A stretch of 64,000 bases of DNA from positions 162,458 to 226,457 of the forward strand of contig CAZVHP010000005.1 of assembly GCA_964627305.1 (NCBI GenBank), in the 5' to 3' direction. The first letter of the stretch is position 1; each line of letters starts with the position of its first letter. Shown in pieces: positions 9,463-18,439 of the stretch. The translations under genes and the position numbers were made by a program. The notes under the pieces are model-generated. The model had not been told where the DNA came from, made no database searches, and saw only the letters and a list, made by a program, of their open reading frames with translations. The DNA is from an uncultured Ignavibacteriales bacterium. Its GTDB lineage: Bacteria; Zixibacteria; MSB-5A5; GN15; FEB-12.

Positions 9463-9951
9463 ATGTCGAATAGTATCAAGTTGCTTATTGTCGATGATGA
9501 AGTGAAGTTTCTGGAGTCAATCGCGCAACGACTTCAGATGCGCGACTTCGACGTCACTACCGCCACCAACGGTCCCGACGCAGTCGAGATCGCCAAGGAG
9601 GAGAAATTCGACCTGGCCCTGCTCGATCTGAAGATGCCCGGAATGGACGGCCAGCAGGTCCTGGAGATCCTCAAGAAAGAACACAGGTTTCTTGAGGTCA
9701 TCATTCTCACCGGTCACGGGTCGGTTGACTCTGCGGTGGAGTGCACAAAGCTCGGAGCGTTCTCCTACCTGCCCAAGCCGTACGAGCTGGACAAACTGCT
9801 CGAAGTGCTCCGCCAGGCTTATGAAGCGCGCCTGAACAAGAAGTTTCAGGCCGATAGCGCCCGTATGGAGAAGCTCGCCAAGATAGCCCAGGGATCCTCG
9901 CCACTGGGGATTCTTCGCGCCATGCGCGAACTGGACGACGACCAGAAGTGA
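9463..9951 (+). CDS. Stand-alone response regulator (receiver domain plus short helical tail)
   Basis: KLLIVDDE...DLALLDLKMPGMDG...LTGHGSVDSAVE...YLPKP. It has no DNA-binding output. It shares an extended C-terminal motif with the receiver at 7412. Confidence 0.85.
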   Translation: MSNSIKLLIVDDEVKFLESIAQRLQMRDFDVTTATNGPDAVEIAKEEKFDLALLDLKMPGMDGQQVLEILKKEHRFLEVIILTGHGSVDSAVECTKLGAFSYLPKPYELDKLLEVLRQAYEARLNKKFQADSARMEKLAKIAQGSSPLGILRAMRELDDDQK

Positions 9952-9957
9952 AATGGC

Positions 9958-9996
9958 GCCGGGCTGATCGCGATCAGGTCAGCCCGGCTTCTTTAT
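9958..9996 (+). terminator. Rho-independent terminator of the two-component/transporter operon
   Basis: GCCGGGCTGA-(11 nt)-TCAGCCCGGC, a 10-bp stem, followed by TTCTTTAT. Confidence 0.65.
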
Positions 9997-10061
9997 CAGC
10001 CTGTTAGTAACGGGACCTGCAAAGACCATTTCAGACACCAGCCCGACAACCCGAACGTCAC

Positions 10062-10085
10062 GAAAAATGCGACCGCATGGGTCGC
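10062..10085 (-). terminator. Rho-independent terminator downstream of tRNA-Phe
   Basis: Hairpin GCGACC-GCATG-GGTCGC (10069-10085), followed on the minus strand by AUUUUUCG. Confidence 0.5.
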
Positions 10086-10093
10086 GTTAGAAG

Positions 10094-10166
<73 letters not shown>

Positions 10167-10222
10167 GCTAAGATCGTTAAGGGCAGCAATCTATGTAGTT
10201 TTCGGTCGAAGTCAACCCTATT

Positions 10223-10612
10223 TTAACGCCCGCTCTGCAAATACTGCCTGGTGCTGCGCGACAACAGAGCATACAACGCACCCGCCGCAATCACCAACAG
10301 AACCACGCTCTCATAGCGCGTGATGTCAATCAGAGCAAAAAGCACGATGAGCGCGTTCACACCGATCAACCCGTACCAGCCCCACGTCCTCAACGCCCGA
10401 TAACCATAGACAACCACCATCAGCGCAATGCCGATTGCGGCGAACAGCATCGACTGGGCTAGTTCGTGATACTGGTTGTCCAGCACGCCCAGGATGATCT
10501 GCACCCCGCCATAGAGAATGAAGATCCCGGCGAAGATGAACCCCCACCAGGCAGCAAACCTGAACTCGATCGGTTGGTGGTCTGTCTTTTGTTCGGTGTT
10601 TTCCATGATCAT
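10223..10612 (-). CDS. Small integral membrane protein (about 4 TM), unknown function
   Basis: Hydrophobic segments (FAAWWGFIFAGIFILYGGVQIILGV, LFAAIGIALMVVVYGY, GWYGLIGVNALIVLFALI, VVLLVIAAGALYALL). The start is at ATG 10612, or 10606. The longer track ORF would overlap the ROK gene. Confidence 0.5.
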   Translation of the reverse strand: MIMENTEQKTDHQPIEFRFAAWWGFIFAGIFILYGGVQIILGVLDNQYHELAQSMLFAAIGIALMVVVYGYRALRTWGWYGLIGVNALIVLFALIDITRYESVVLLVIAAGALYALLSRSTRQYLQSGR

Positions 10613-10619
10613 CCTCTGG

Positions 10620-11591
10620 CTACAAGGCTTCTTCTCCCAATAGCCCGGCTCCGATGAACCCGGCATCATTGCCCAGCGACGCCTTCACAATCCGCAGTCG
10701 CTCCACAGCGGAGTCAAACGCGATCTTCCTGATAACCGCTGCGACCCCTTCCAAAAAACCACCACCACCGTCGACCACCCCCCCACCCAGAACTACGACC
10801 TCAGGATTCAAAAGATTCACTACTCCTGCCAAACCATAGCCTAAGTAGTGCGCCGTTTCGTCGAGCACCTCGCGCGCCACCTCATCCCCCTTCTTGAGAG
10901 CTGCGAACAACTTGCGAATCGTCAGGTTCTCCGGGTCTCCGTTCAGCACTTCTTCGAATGCCGGGGTCAGACCTCCTTTCAGGCGCTGCTTGACACGCTC
11001 CGTTATAGCCCGTGACGCGCAATAAGTCTCGATAGAACCGGGAACGCCGCTGTGAATCTCCTCGGCGTCAACATCGATTCCCATGTGCCCCAGCTCCCCG
11101 GCGGCACAAGTGGCGCCGTGCCAGACCTTGCCATCAATAATCACTGCCCCGCCTATGCCAGTACCAACCGTAACACAAATGACCGAACGAGCGCCATGAG
11201 CGGCCCCGAAACGCATTTCTGCCAGAGCCATGGCGTGGACGTCGTTGTCCACCCAAACAGGCATGTTGAGGCGGTCGCGCAGAGTCTCCCCTATCTCCAT
11301 CCCCTGCCAACCGGGGATATTCGGCGATGGACCGATCACTCTGCCGGTCCTGAAATCCACCGCCCCCGGGGTCCCGACCCCTAACCACCGCACCTCGTAG
11401 TCTTCTTCGGCAGCAGACAGCAGCAAGCGTTCGGCAATGTTTGTCACCATGTGCATCAGGGGTTTGGCCCCCTTCTCGCTCTGCGTTGGCCGCTGGTCTC
11501 TGAAGAGCACCTTCCCCGACTTGTCGGTGAGTCCGAATTTCACACTGGTTCCGCCAATGTCAATCCCGGCGTATACGTGGTTGTCCGACAT
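10620..11591 (-). CDS. ROK family sugar kinase (glucokinase-like)
   Basis: YAGIDIGGTSVKFGL N-terminal ATPase motif, VDNDVHAMALAE, GTGIGGAVIIDGKVWHG...AGELGH. The start is set at MSDNHVYAG (ATG 11589-11591). Confidence 0.85.
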   Translation of the reverse strand: MSDNHVYAGIDIGGTSVKFGLTDKSGKVLFRDQRPTQSEKGAKPLMHMVTNIAERLLLSAAEEDYEVRWLGVGTPGAVDFRTGRVIGPSPNIPGWQGMEIGETLRDRLNMPVWVDNDVHAMALAEMRFGAAHGARSVICVTVGTGIGGAVIIDGKVWHGATCAAGELGHMGIDVDAEEIHSGVPGSIETYCASRAITERVKQRLKGGLTPAFEEVLNGDPENLTIRKLFAALKKGDEVAREVLDETAHYLGYGLAGVVNLLNPEVVVLGGGVVDGGGGFLEGVAAVIRKIAFDSAVERLRIVKASLGNDAGFIGAGLLGEEAL

Positions 11592-11935
11592 ATCCCTGTT
11601 TTGGAAGTCCTTGTGGGTTTGTAGTTTATACTCCGGGCGTCGACTCTGTGGGCCCGCCTCATGCAACAGCCGGAATTATAGCCCCACCTCACAGATGGGT
11701 CAAGTTAAAAGGGTCAGCCTGAAGCGACGCCAGAGGTTCAGCGAGCAGAAGAGATGCACTCCTGTCGTGCCGTTCAGCCTCCGTATCGACAATGAACCTT
11801 GATCACCCGGCATGCTGCTCATAAGTCGATCAATCCGGGCAAGCCTATGAGACATGAGCGAGCGGCAGCTTATCAATGTGCTTTCCAGCGTCGACAAAGA
11901 AAAGGACCCAACACCCCAGCAATCGGGAGAGACCG

Positions 11936-12454
11936 ATGAAGATGACCACCATCTTGTTTGGCTTGATGCTTCTGATCACAGCGTGCAGCGATCATTCGGC
12001 TTCGACAGTCGAACTGAGGCATTTCCCGCTCGACGACCTCAGTAACCTGATCGCGCAGTCAGGCGTTGTCATCGACAGCGAGGTTAGCGCCGACGGTAAC
12101 GCGTCGCTGCGTATCGATGCCGAGCAACCGGTAACCATACGGCTGTACGAGCTTAGGGATGTTGAAGTGGATGATGCCACCCTGATGTATCAAGCTCGCG
12201 TCAGAACACATAGCATGCAGGGGGAAGTCTACCTTGAAATGTGGTGCGGCTTCAGCGGCCAGGGTGAGTTCTTCTCACGCGATCTGGAGACACCCCTGAC
12301 TGGAACCACCGACTGGTCGACCAAGTCGACCCCGTTCTATCTGCAGAAGGGCCAGAAGCCGGACTATATCAAGCTGAATCTGGTGATCAATGGCATTGGC
12401 CAGGCGTGGGTCGATGATATCCGACTGTTTGCGAGGCCACAACCAGCCACCTGA
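11936..12454 (+). CDS. Lipoprotein of unknown function
   Basis: MKMTTILFGLMLLITAC is a signal peptide with a lipobox (LITAC). The rest is predicted beta-rich with no recognisable catalytic motif. Confidence 0.55.
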   Translation: MKMTTILFGLMLLITACSDHSASTVELRHFPLDDLSNLIAQSGVVIDSEVSADGNASLRIDAEQPVTIRLYELRDVEVDDATLMYQARVRTHSMQGEVYLEMWCGFSGQGEFFSRDLETPLTGTTDWSTKSTPFYLQKGQKPDYIKLNLVINGIGQAWVDDIRLFARPQPAT

Positions 12455-12501
12455 GAAGTGGCTGACCTCCCTCAGATCGCCGGGTGAACTTCACAACAAC
12501 T

Positions 12502-12529
12502 AAGGCGGTCCCGACTTCGGGACCGCCTT
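12502..12529. terminator. Bidirectional hairpin terminator between convergent genes
   Basis: AAGGCGGTCCCG-ACTT-CGGGACCGCCTT, a 12-bp perfect stem. Confidence 0.6.
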
Positions 12530-12559
12530 CATTATCCAAACCTTACCAGTAGTTTCTGC

Positions 12560-13198
12560 TTACTTCTGACGGCGACGCCGAACAACACCGGCTGCTGCCA
12601 GACCAAGGCCCATCAGCAACATGGTCGACGGCTCCGGGACCACCGTATACTCGGTGTCGGGGCGAAGAATCTTGTTACCGATAGTGTCGTTGGCGGGGCC
12701 AACCATCGGATCGGGATCGTTGAAACCAGCGTTCCACATCGTTCCTGATACCTGTCCATTGGGGCTGCCACCCTTGGCGTAGAAGTCGCCCCAGGTAGGC
12801 ACGCGGTTGGAACGGAACGACCATTCCAGCTGGCCATCGTCGCCATAGTCGAGCTTCATCGCATTGGCAATTCCCTCGAAACTACCGAATTCCACCGAGC
12901 TGCTGTTGAAATCCCAGAAGTCGTTCTGAGTGTCCACATTGGGAGAAATCTCAAGCGTGAAGTGGCTGACCGCAGGTCTCTCGAGCGCACTGCCGTCCTC
13001 ACGAGACAGGTTGTAGACATACAGCCAGTTGGAACCCTCTTGCGTGACGGTCCAGGAAATCACGGCATTATTCGCCCAGTTCCCCGTGCCGACAAGTCCC
13101 CCACCGCTGATTGACAGGCTGCCCGTGTAGACCAAAGCATGTGCAGACAGCGGCACCACAAACATGATCAGCGCCAGTACCAGTAGTTTTTTCATCAT
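12560..13198 (-). CDS. PEP-CTERM sorting-domain secreted protein
   Basis: N-terminal signal peptide MMKKLLVLALIMFVVPLSAHA. The C-terminus VPEPSTMLLMGLGLAAAGVVRRRRQK has the PEP motif, a TM helix and a basic tail. Confidence 0.8.
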   Translation of the reverse strand: MMKKLLVLALIMFVVPLSAHALVYTGSLSISGGGLVGTGNWANNAVISWTVTQEGSNWLYVYNLSREDGSALERPAVSHFTLEISPNVDTQNDFWDFNSSSVEFGSFEGIANAMKLDYGDDGQLEWSFRSNRVPTWGDFYAKGGSPNGQVSGTMWNAGFNDPDPMVGPANDTIGNKILRPDTEYTVVPEPSTMLLMGLGLAAAGVVRRRRQK

Positions 13199-13439
13199 CT
13201 CGTGTTCCCTGTGTTCTATGGCCGTCAGGTGTACGGTGTCAGCACCCTGCAGCCGTGTTAGCTATAGTATTCCGCCCCGAAGATGAGCAAGGTTCATGCC
13301 TGAACCGCCACTTTGTTACGCATTACATAAGTGACTACCACTCAATATGATACATGAACCCAGCAGGAGATTGGAGATCACCGACTCCGAAACACGAAAC
13401 CACAATGCCTCTTTTGCGCAAACGGCTGCCTAACATTGA

Positions 13440-14894
13440 TCATGGAAGTCTATCTTTGAGGTACGCGATCAACTGCCTTCGCGGGATCGTTTCCTGAATC
13501 TCCTCGGCTTTCAACCACTCCTCGCGATCCTCGACCTGCTGTGCCTTCTCTCGTCCGGCGGCCAGATTCTTGACAGTCACCTGGCCGGCATCAAACTCAT
13601 CGGAGCCGATGATAACCGCAAACGGGATACCGACTTTGTCGGCATACTTGATCTGCTTGCTGAGATTCCTCGTGCCGCCCGAATAGATCTCCGCAGCGAT
13701 TCCTGCCGCGCGCAGATCATGCAGAATGGCCAGATAGTCGGCCAGTCGGTCTTTGTCCATCACCGTCACGATCGCCCGGCTCGTGCACGATCGAAGCTCC
13801 AGCGCGTTGAGTTCAATCAGAGCTGCCAGGAGGCGATCGATACCGATAGAGGAGCCGACCGCCGGCACTGGCTGGTTCAGGAACCGCTCGACCAGATTGT
13901 CGTAACGGCCGCCGGAGAAGATCGACCCGAAGGCCGGTAAATCGGTCAGGGTTGTCTCGAATACGGGGCCGGTATAATACCCAAGGCCACGGACGATGGT
14001 CAAATCGACCACCGTCTTGTCAAGGTCGACATTCATGGCACCAAGGTAGCCCTGAATCTCGCGAAGTTCGTCTATCCCCTGTCGCGATTCGTCAATGTCC
14101 GCCAGAAGTTCCAAAGCTCGGTCCAGCGGATCGCCCTTATGACTGTTATTGTCAGCGACTTCCAGAAAGCGCTCAATCCGGGCGATCTGACTGCTCTCGA
14201 GTTGCAGCCCGCGGATCTTGTCTCCCGACTGATCCACCCGCCCCGGTCCCAACTCCGCGACGACCGCCTCGTAGCCCTGTTTCTCGAGCTTATCGATAAC
14301 GCGGAACACATCGGGTCCTGTAGTCTCATCAATACCGGCGAACTCAATCAGCCCGTTGAGAATCCTGCGGTTGGAATAGCGGACCTGAAACCGCTCGATT
14401 CCGAGGTGCCGCAAAGTGGACACCATGGCGGCGATGATCTCGGCATCGGCCAAGAGGTTTCGCGTTCCTACGATATCAATATCGAACTGCATGAACTCCC
14501 GGTAACGCCCGGGGCCGGGTTTGTCGACTCGCCAGACATTGCCGTACTGGTAGCGCCGGAAGGGGAGCGGCAGCGTCGGCTGCGAGGCAACATAGCGGGC
14601 GAGCGAAAGGGTGAACTCGTAGCGAAGGGCCATATCCACCTCATCGGGACCGCGAAAGCCGAACAACTCGGCCAGCGAATCATCGGTGTAATGCGGCCCA
14701 AGCAGAGACTCTGCAAGCTCCAGCGAAGCTGTCTGCAGTGGGAGAAAGCCCATTAGCTCAACTGCTTCTCGAAGCCGTGACAACATCTTTTCGCGGGCCA
14801 GTTGCTCCGCGGGCGGATAATCTCGAAATCCCTTCACCAACTGCGGTTTGACCTTGTCACTACGGTTCCTGGCCATGACCTCCTCGACATTCAA
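13440..14894 (-). CDS. hisS: Histidine--tRNA ligase
   Basis: VKGFRDYPP...LRYEFTLSLARY...FRRYQYGNVWRVDKPGPGRYREFMQFDIDIVG are class II motifs. The C-terminal anticodon-binding domain includes KQIKYADKVGIPFAVIIGSDE. An alternative start is at 14876. Confidence 0.88.
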   Translation of the reverse strand: MNVEEVMARNRSDKVKPQLVKGFRDYPPAEQLAREKMLSRLREAVELMGFLPLQTASLELAESLLGPHYTDDSLAELFGFRGPDEVDMALRYEFTLSLARYVASQPTLPLPFRRYQYGNVWRVDKPGPGRYREFMQFDIDIVGTRNLLADAEIIAAMVSTLRHLGIERFQVRYSNRRILNGLIEFAGIDETTGPDVFRVIDKLEKQGYEAVVAELGPGRVDQSGDKIRGLQLESSQIARIERFLEVADNNSHKGDPLDRALELLADIDESRQGIDELREIQGYLGAMNVDLDKTVVDLTIVRGLGYYTGPVFETTLTDLPAFGSIFSGGRYDNLVERFLNQPVPAVGSSIGIDRLLAALIELNALELRSCTSRAIVTVMDKDRLADYLAILHDLRAAGIAAEIYSGGTRNLSKQIKYADKVGIPFAVIIGSDEFDAGQVTVKNLAAGREKAQQVEDREEWLKAEEIQETIPRRQLIAYLKDRLP

Positions 14895-15089
14895 TCAAAG
14901 GCTGTATTTGTGGATCATAGTTAAATCAAAACAGCTTTCAATGAAAGGCTTTTCTCAGCTAACATATCCCGACATCGATTGGCCAACAGGCAATTCCGGG
15001 GCTTGCTTTATCAGCACAATAGCATAGATTACGTGCCTTGCTGCGATTCCTGACTGTCGAATCTCAGACCTGCGAGAAGGACGCAAGAT

Positions 15090-16454
15090 ATGAACATCGC
15101 CGAACTGCTTGCCCAGTCTCTTACCGACCGCAAAGTGACCACTCAGGCTGATCAGATGGCGGTAGCCTCACGCGACGAATCAACCATGCCGGCCGTTGTG
15201 CCGGAAGCAGTGGTCTTAGCTGAAGCGACCGAAGATGTCATCGCCGTTGTCAGGTTATGTCGAGAACACGCTGTCCCAATCACTACGCGAGGCGCAGGCA
15301 GCGCTCTTGAGGGTTCGACGATTCCCTGCAAGGGGGGCATTGTGCTCGACCTCAGCCGCATGACGGGCATCCTTGAGTACTGGCCAGAAGACCTGCAGGT
15401 TCGTGTCCAGCCGGGGCTTGTCTACGACCATCTGAACGAACGCTTGAAACGCGACGGCCTATTCTTCCCACCCTCGCCGGGCGGGTCTGGTGACATCGCC
15501 ACTGTGGGCGGTATGGTTGCCACCAACGCCAGTGGTATTTACTCGGTGAAGTACGGCGGAACCAGGGAATATATCCTGCAACTGGATATTGTCACCGGCG
15601 AGGGCGAGCGGTTGACGATCGGCAATCGGGCGATCAAGCGGTCGTCCGGCTACAACCTCGTGGAATTGGTTGTCGGTTCGGAGGGTACGCTGGCCATCGT
15701 CACCGCTGTCACCCTCAAACTGGCCGGGTTGCCTGAAGGGCGGGAGAAGGCAGCCTATCGTTTTCCTGATGAAACGAAAGCAGCGGAGGCTGTGTCGCAC
15801 ATGCGGATGTACGGGCTGGACATCGCCGCTATCGAGTTTCTTGATCGCCAGCTCATTGCAGCTCTAAACAGATTGAAGGACTACGGCCTCGCAGAGGTCC
15901 CCTGCCTGTTCCTTGAGTTTCACGGCCCCAAGGAAGTGCTGAGATCAAGTGCCGATCTGGCTGCTGAGATCTGCGGCGAGCTTGGCGGCATAGCCTTCAC
16001 GCTCGCCCAGGGACAGAATCCCTGGGAGATACGTCATTGGGCAACTGACGCGGTTAAGCATCGGCAACCCGGCTTCACCATCATCCGCAACGATGTCGCC
16101 TTCCCCATCTCCAGATTACCCGAGATGGTTGCTTTCTGTCACGAGCTCGGGCAGCAGCATGGCCTGCTTATCCATACTTTTGGGCATGTCGGGCTGGGGT
16201 TGCTTCATGCGCTGATCCTTGCCAATAGGGAGAATGAAGACCAGTGGCAACAAGCTATGACGGTGAATGATCAGATAATCGAAAGAGCGCTGTCTCTGGA
16301 AGGCACTATCTCCGGTGAACACGGTGTCGGTCTGGGACACAAGAATTTGTTTGGCCGCGAACACAGTCCTCATGCCATAGAACTGATGCGCCGGATCAAG
16401 AATCAGTTTGACCCGGCGGGGATCCTTAACCCGGGGAAAATTTTCGACCTGTGA
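15090..16454 (+). CDS. FAD-linked oxidase (GlcD / D-lactate dehydrogenase family)
   Basis: FAD-binding PCMH-type region (PITTRGAGSALEGSTIP, GGMVATNASG, SSGYNLVELVVGSEGTLAIVT) and C-terminal GEHGVGLGHK...DPAGILNPGK. Confidence 0.82.
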   Translation: MNIAELLAQSLTDRKVTTQADQMAVASRDESTMPAVVPEAVVLAEATEDVIAVVRLCREHAVPITTRGAGSALEGSTIPCKGGIVLDLSRMTGILEYWPEDLQVRVQPGLVYDHLNERLKRDGLFFPPSPGGSGDIATVGGMVATNASGIYSVKYGGTREYILQLDIVTGEGERLTIGNRAIKRSSGYNLVELVVGSEGTLAIVTAVTLKLAGLPEGREKAAYRFPDETKAAEAVSHMRMYGLDIAAIEFLDRQLIAALNRLKDYGLAEVPCLFLEFHGPKEVLRSSADLAAEICGELGGIAFTLAQGQNPWEIRHWATDAVKHRQPGFTIIRNDVAFPISRLPEMVAFCHELGQQHGLLIHTFGHVGLGLLHALILANRENEDQWQQAMTVNDQIIERALSLEGTISGEHGVGLGHKNLFGREHSPHAIELMRRIKNQFDPAGILNPGKIFDL

Positions 16455-16546
16455 CAAGGTAATATCTTTCGGGCGAGCAAATCCCCGCATTGACTAAGTA
16501 CCTGCAACACAATATATTCAAATAGCAACTCTGGAACCGTCACCAG

Positions 16547-17263
16547 GTGCAAAACTATAATATGAATATGAAACCCATTGTGCTCACAGCGACCTTGCTT
16601 CTGGTGTCCGGAAGCATCTTGGGCGAACCGGTCCTGAAGATCGAACCAGAGGTGTTCCAGTTCGGCATGATCCCCCGCGAGGCCACTGTTGCTCACTATT
16701 TCTGGTTTGAGTCAGCCGGCACTGACACAGTTTTCATTGACAGCATCAAGACCGGGTGTGCCTGCGCGACGATGCCGATAGAGCAGGAACACCTTGCGCC
16801 CGGTGAGAAGATGCGGGTTGGCCTGTTCTGGGATGTCGGAAAACGGATTGGCTCGGTTTTGAGTCATCCCTATATTTTCTACAACGGCAAGGAGCTGCCC
16901 ACGTTTGCCGGCCTTCGGGGGCAATGTCTGCTGCACATGGACAGCCTGCGGCCGGTAACGGTGCGACCGCACCGCGTGGACTTCGTCCGCCTGCCCGCAA
17001 CCTCAAAGTCCATTGACGAGATCGAGTTAGCTTTCTTAAACCTCTCGGATGAGCGGCTGGACCTGACTGTTGTGGCGAACAGCGCCGAGGAACTGATCGA
17101 ACTGAGGCTTCCCAAATCGCTCAAAGCCGGCGCAAGTGTCACTGGCAGGGTGATTGTCCGGCCCGAGCATGCCGATGAACCATTTGAGCGGTCTTTTACG
17201 CTGGAATTCTCTGACGAGAACCGGACACGGCTTACAGTACCTGTCCGACGTAAGGTATATTAG
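16547..17263 (+). CDS. DUF1573 domain protein, paralogue 1
   Basis: Signal peptide, then FQFGMIPREATVAHYFWFESAGTDTVFIDSIKTGCACATMP (DUF1573 pattern with a Cys-x-Cys). The C-terminal module ends RLTVPVRRKVY. The start could also be ATG 16562 or 16568. Confidence 0.75.
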   Translation: MQNYNMNMKPIVLTATLLLVSGSILGEPVLKIEPEVFQFGMIPREATVAHYFWFESAGTDTVFIDSIKTGCACATMPIEQEHLAPGEKMRVGLFWDVGKRIGSVLSHPYIFYNGKELPTFAGLRGQCLLHMDSLRPVTVRPHRVDFVRLPATSKSIDEIELAFLNLSDERLDLTVVANSAEELIELRLPKSLKAGASVTGRVIVRPEHADEPFERSFTLEFSDENRTRLTVPVRRKVY

Positions 17264-17396
17264 ACTGTGTTTGCAAGGCTGAAAGAATACTGCAGTAGCC
17301 CCGACAGGTCCTTTGGCCGACCGCTTTCGGGGTTCGAATGTGCACGGAACTTGTATAATGATGACAACCCACATGAACCATGAAAGGTAGCCTACC

Positions 17397-18221
17397 GTGA
17401 ATCTGTCACGATACCGAATCGCCGTTTGTGTTCTGGTAGCATTACTGGGCGCCGCTTCGATGGCGACGGCGGCACCACGCCTGGATATCGAAGGAGACTC
17501 TTTCGATTTCGGCTTCGTACCGCAGAATTCCAAGATCACGCACTCCTTCTGGCTGAAATCGACAGGCGATGACACGCTGCGGATTGTCCGCGTGGTGCCT
17601 GGGTGAGGGTGCACGCAAGCGCCCTTGCAGAAGGACGCTATCGCTGTCGGTGACAGCGCAGAGCTTGAGATTATTTTCGACACGAGGCAGTACAACCGGA
17701 AGATGTCCAAACGACCGAAGATCATTACCAATATCGGTCCGCCGGACAAGCACGTTGCCATTAGTTGTACGCCGGTGGTGCGACCGGATTCGACATATCC
17801 GATCACCTTCAACCCGTACAAGCTTGATCTGACTCAGTTCGGCGAGAAGGTACGCGAGAATGTTACATTCGATATTACTAACGTCTCCGATCAGAAGGTC
17901 CAGTTCGAAGTCATTGCCACCCGCGATAATCTGTGGGAGATCGAGTTGCCGAAGTCGATTGATCCGGGAAAGACGAAGAAGGCAGTTCTCAAACTCACCA
18001 GGCAGGGTTTGGAGCAATCCTTCGAGAAGTCATTTACCATCCAGGTGAACGATGAGAACAAGAGCCGCTTCACAGTCCCGGTTAAGCGGTCAATCCATAC
18101 TGCTCGTCAGCACCGAGTCGTGACCCCCGCGACGACGACCAACCCGACAAGCGCGACTGGTACTGAGGGAAAAGCCGGCACCGGATCGACACAGAAAGAC
18201 AAGGGCAAAGGCGGCAAGTAG
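17397..18221 (+). CDS. DUF1573 domain protein, paralogue 2, with one in-frame TGA (17604-17606) at the conserved Cys position. Either a candidate selenoprotein or a recent pseudogene.
   Basis: Track ORFs 17397..17606 and 17625..18221 share a frame. The joined product reads ...FDFGFVPQNSKITHSFWLKSTGDDTLRIVRVVPG[TGA]GCTQAPLQKDAIAVGDSAELEIIFD... and is collinear with paralogues 1 and 3. Confidence 0.6.
17607..17658 (+). promoter_or_regulatory. Candidate SECIS-like hairpins downstream of the in-frame TGA
   Basis: GGGUGC-ACGCAA-GCGCCC (17607-17624), or alternatively GCAAG-CGCC-CUUGC (17615-17628), and CGCUGUC-GGU-GACAGCG (17642-17658). Folded by eye only. Confidence 0.3.
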
Positions 18222-18284
18222 GCGCGGGTCTCAAAGACAGGGTCCCTGCCTACCCAAAGGAATTCGGAAAACCTGGCAGAACTT

Positions 18285-18327
18285 GGCGCCACTCGACTCA
18301 GCAGTTGAGTGGCGCCATTCTTTGCTT
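18285..18327 (+). terminator. Rho-independent terminator after DUF1573 paralogue 2
   Basis: GGCGCCACTC-(12 nt)-GAGTGGCGCC, a 10-bp stem, followed by ATTCTTTGCTT. Confidence 0.6.
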
Positions 18328-18439
18328 CGCCGACCAGCGCCATGTCTTGCGCACTAATCTGCGCCGAGGCCTATGCCTCAACACACCATGGCGAGATCAC
18401 AACGGGTGATTTCGTGCCCGAGTATTCCGCAGGGGTGTC

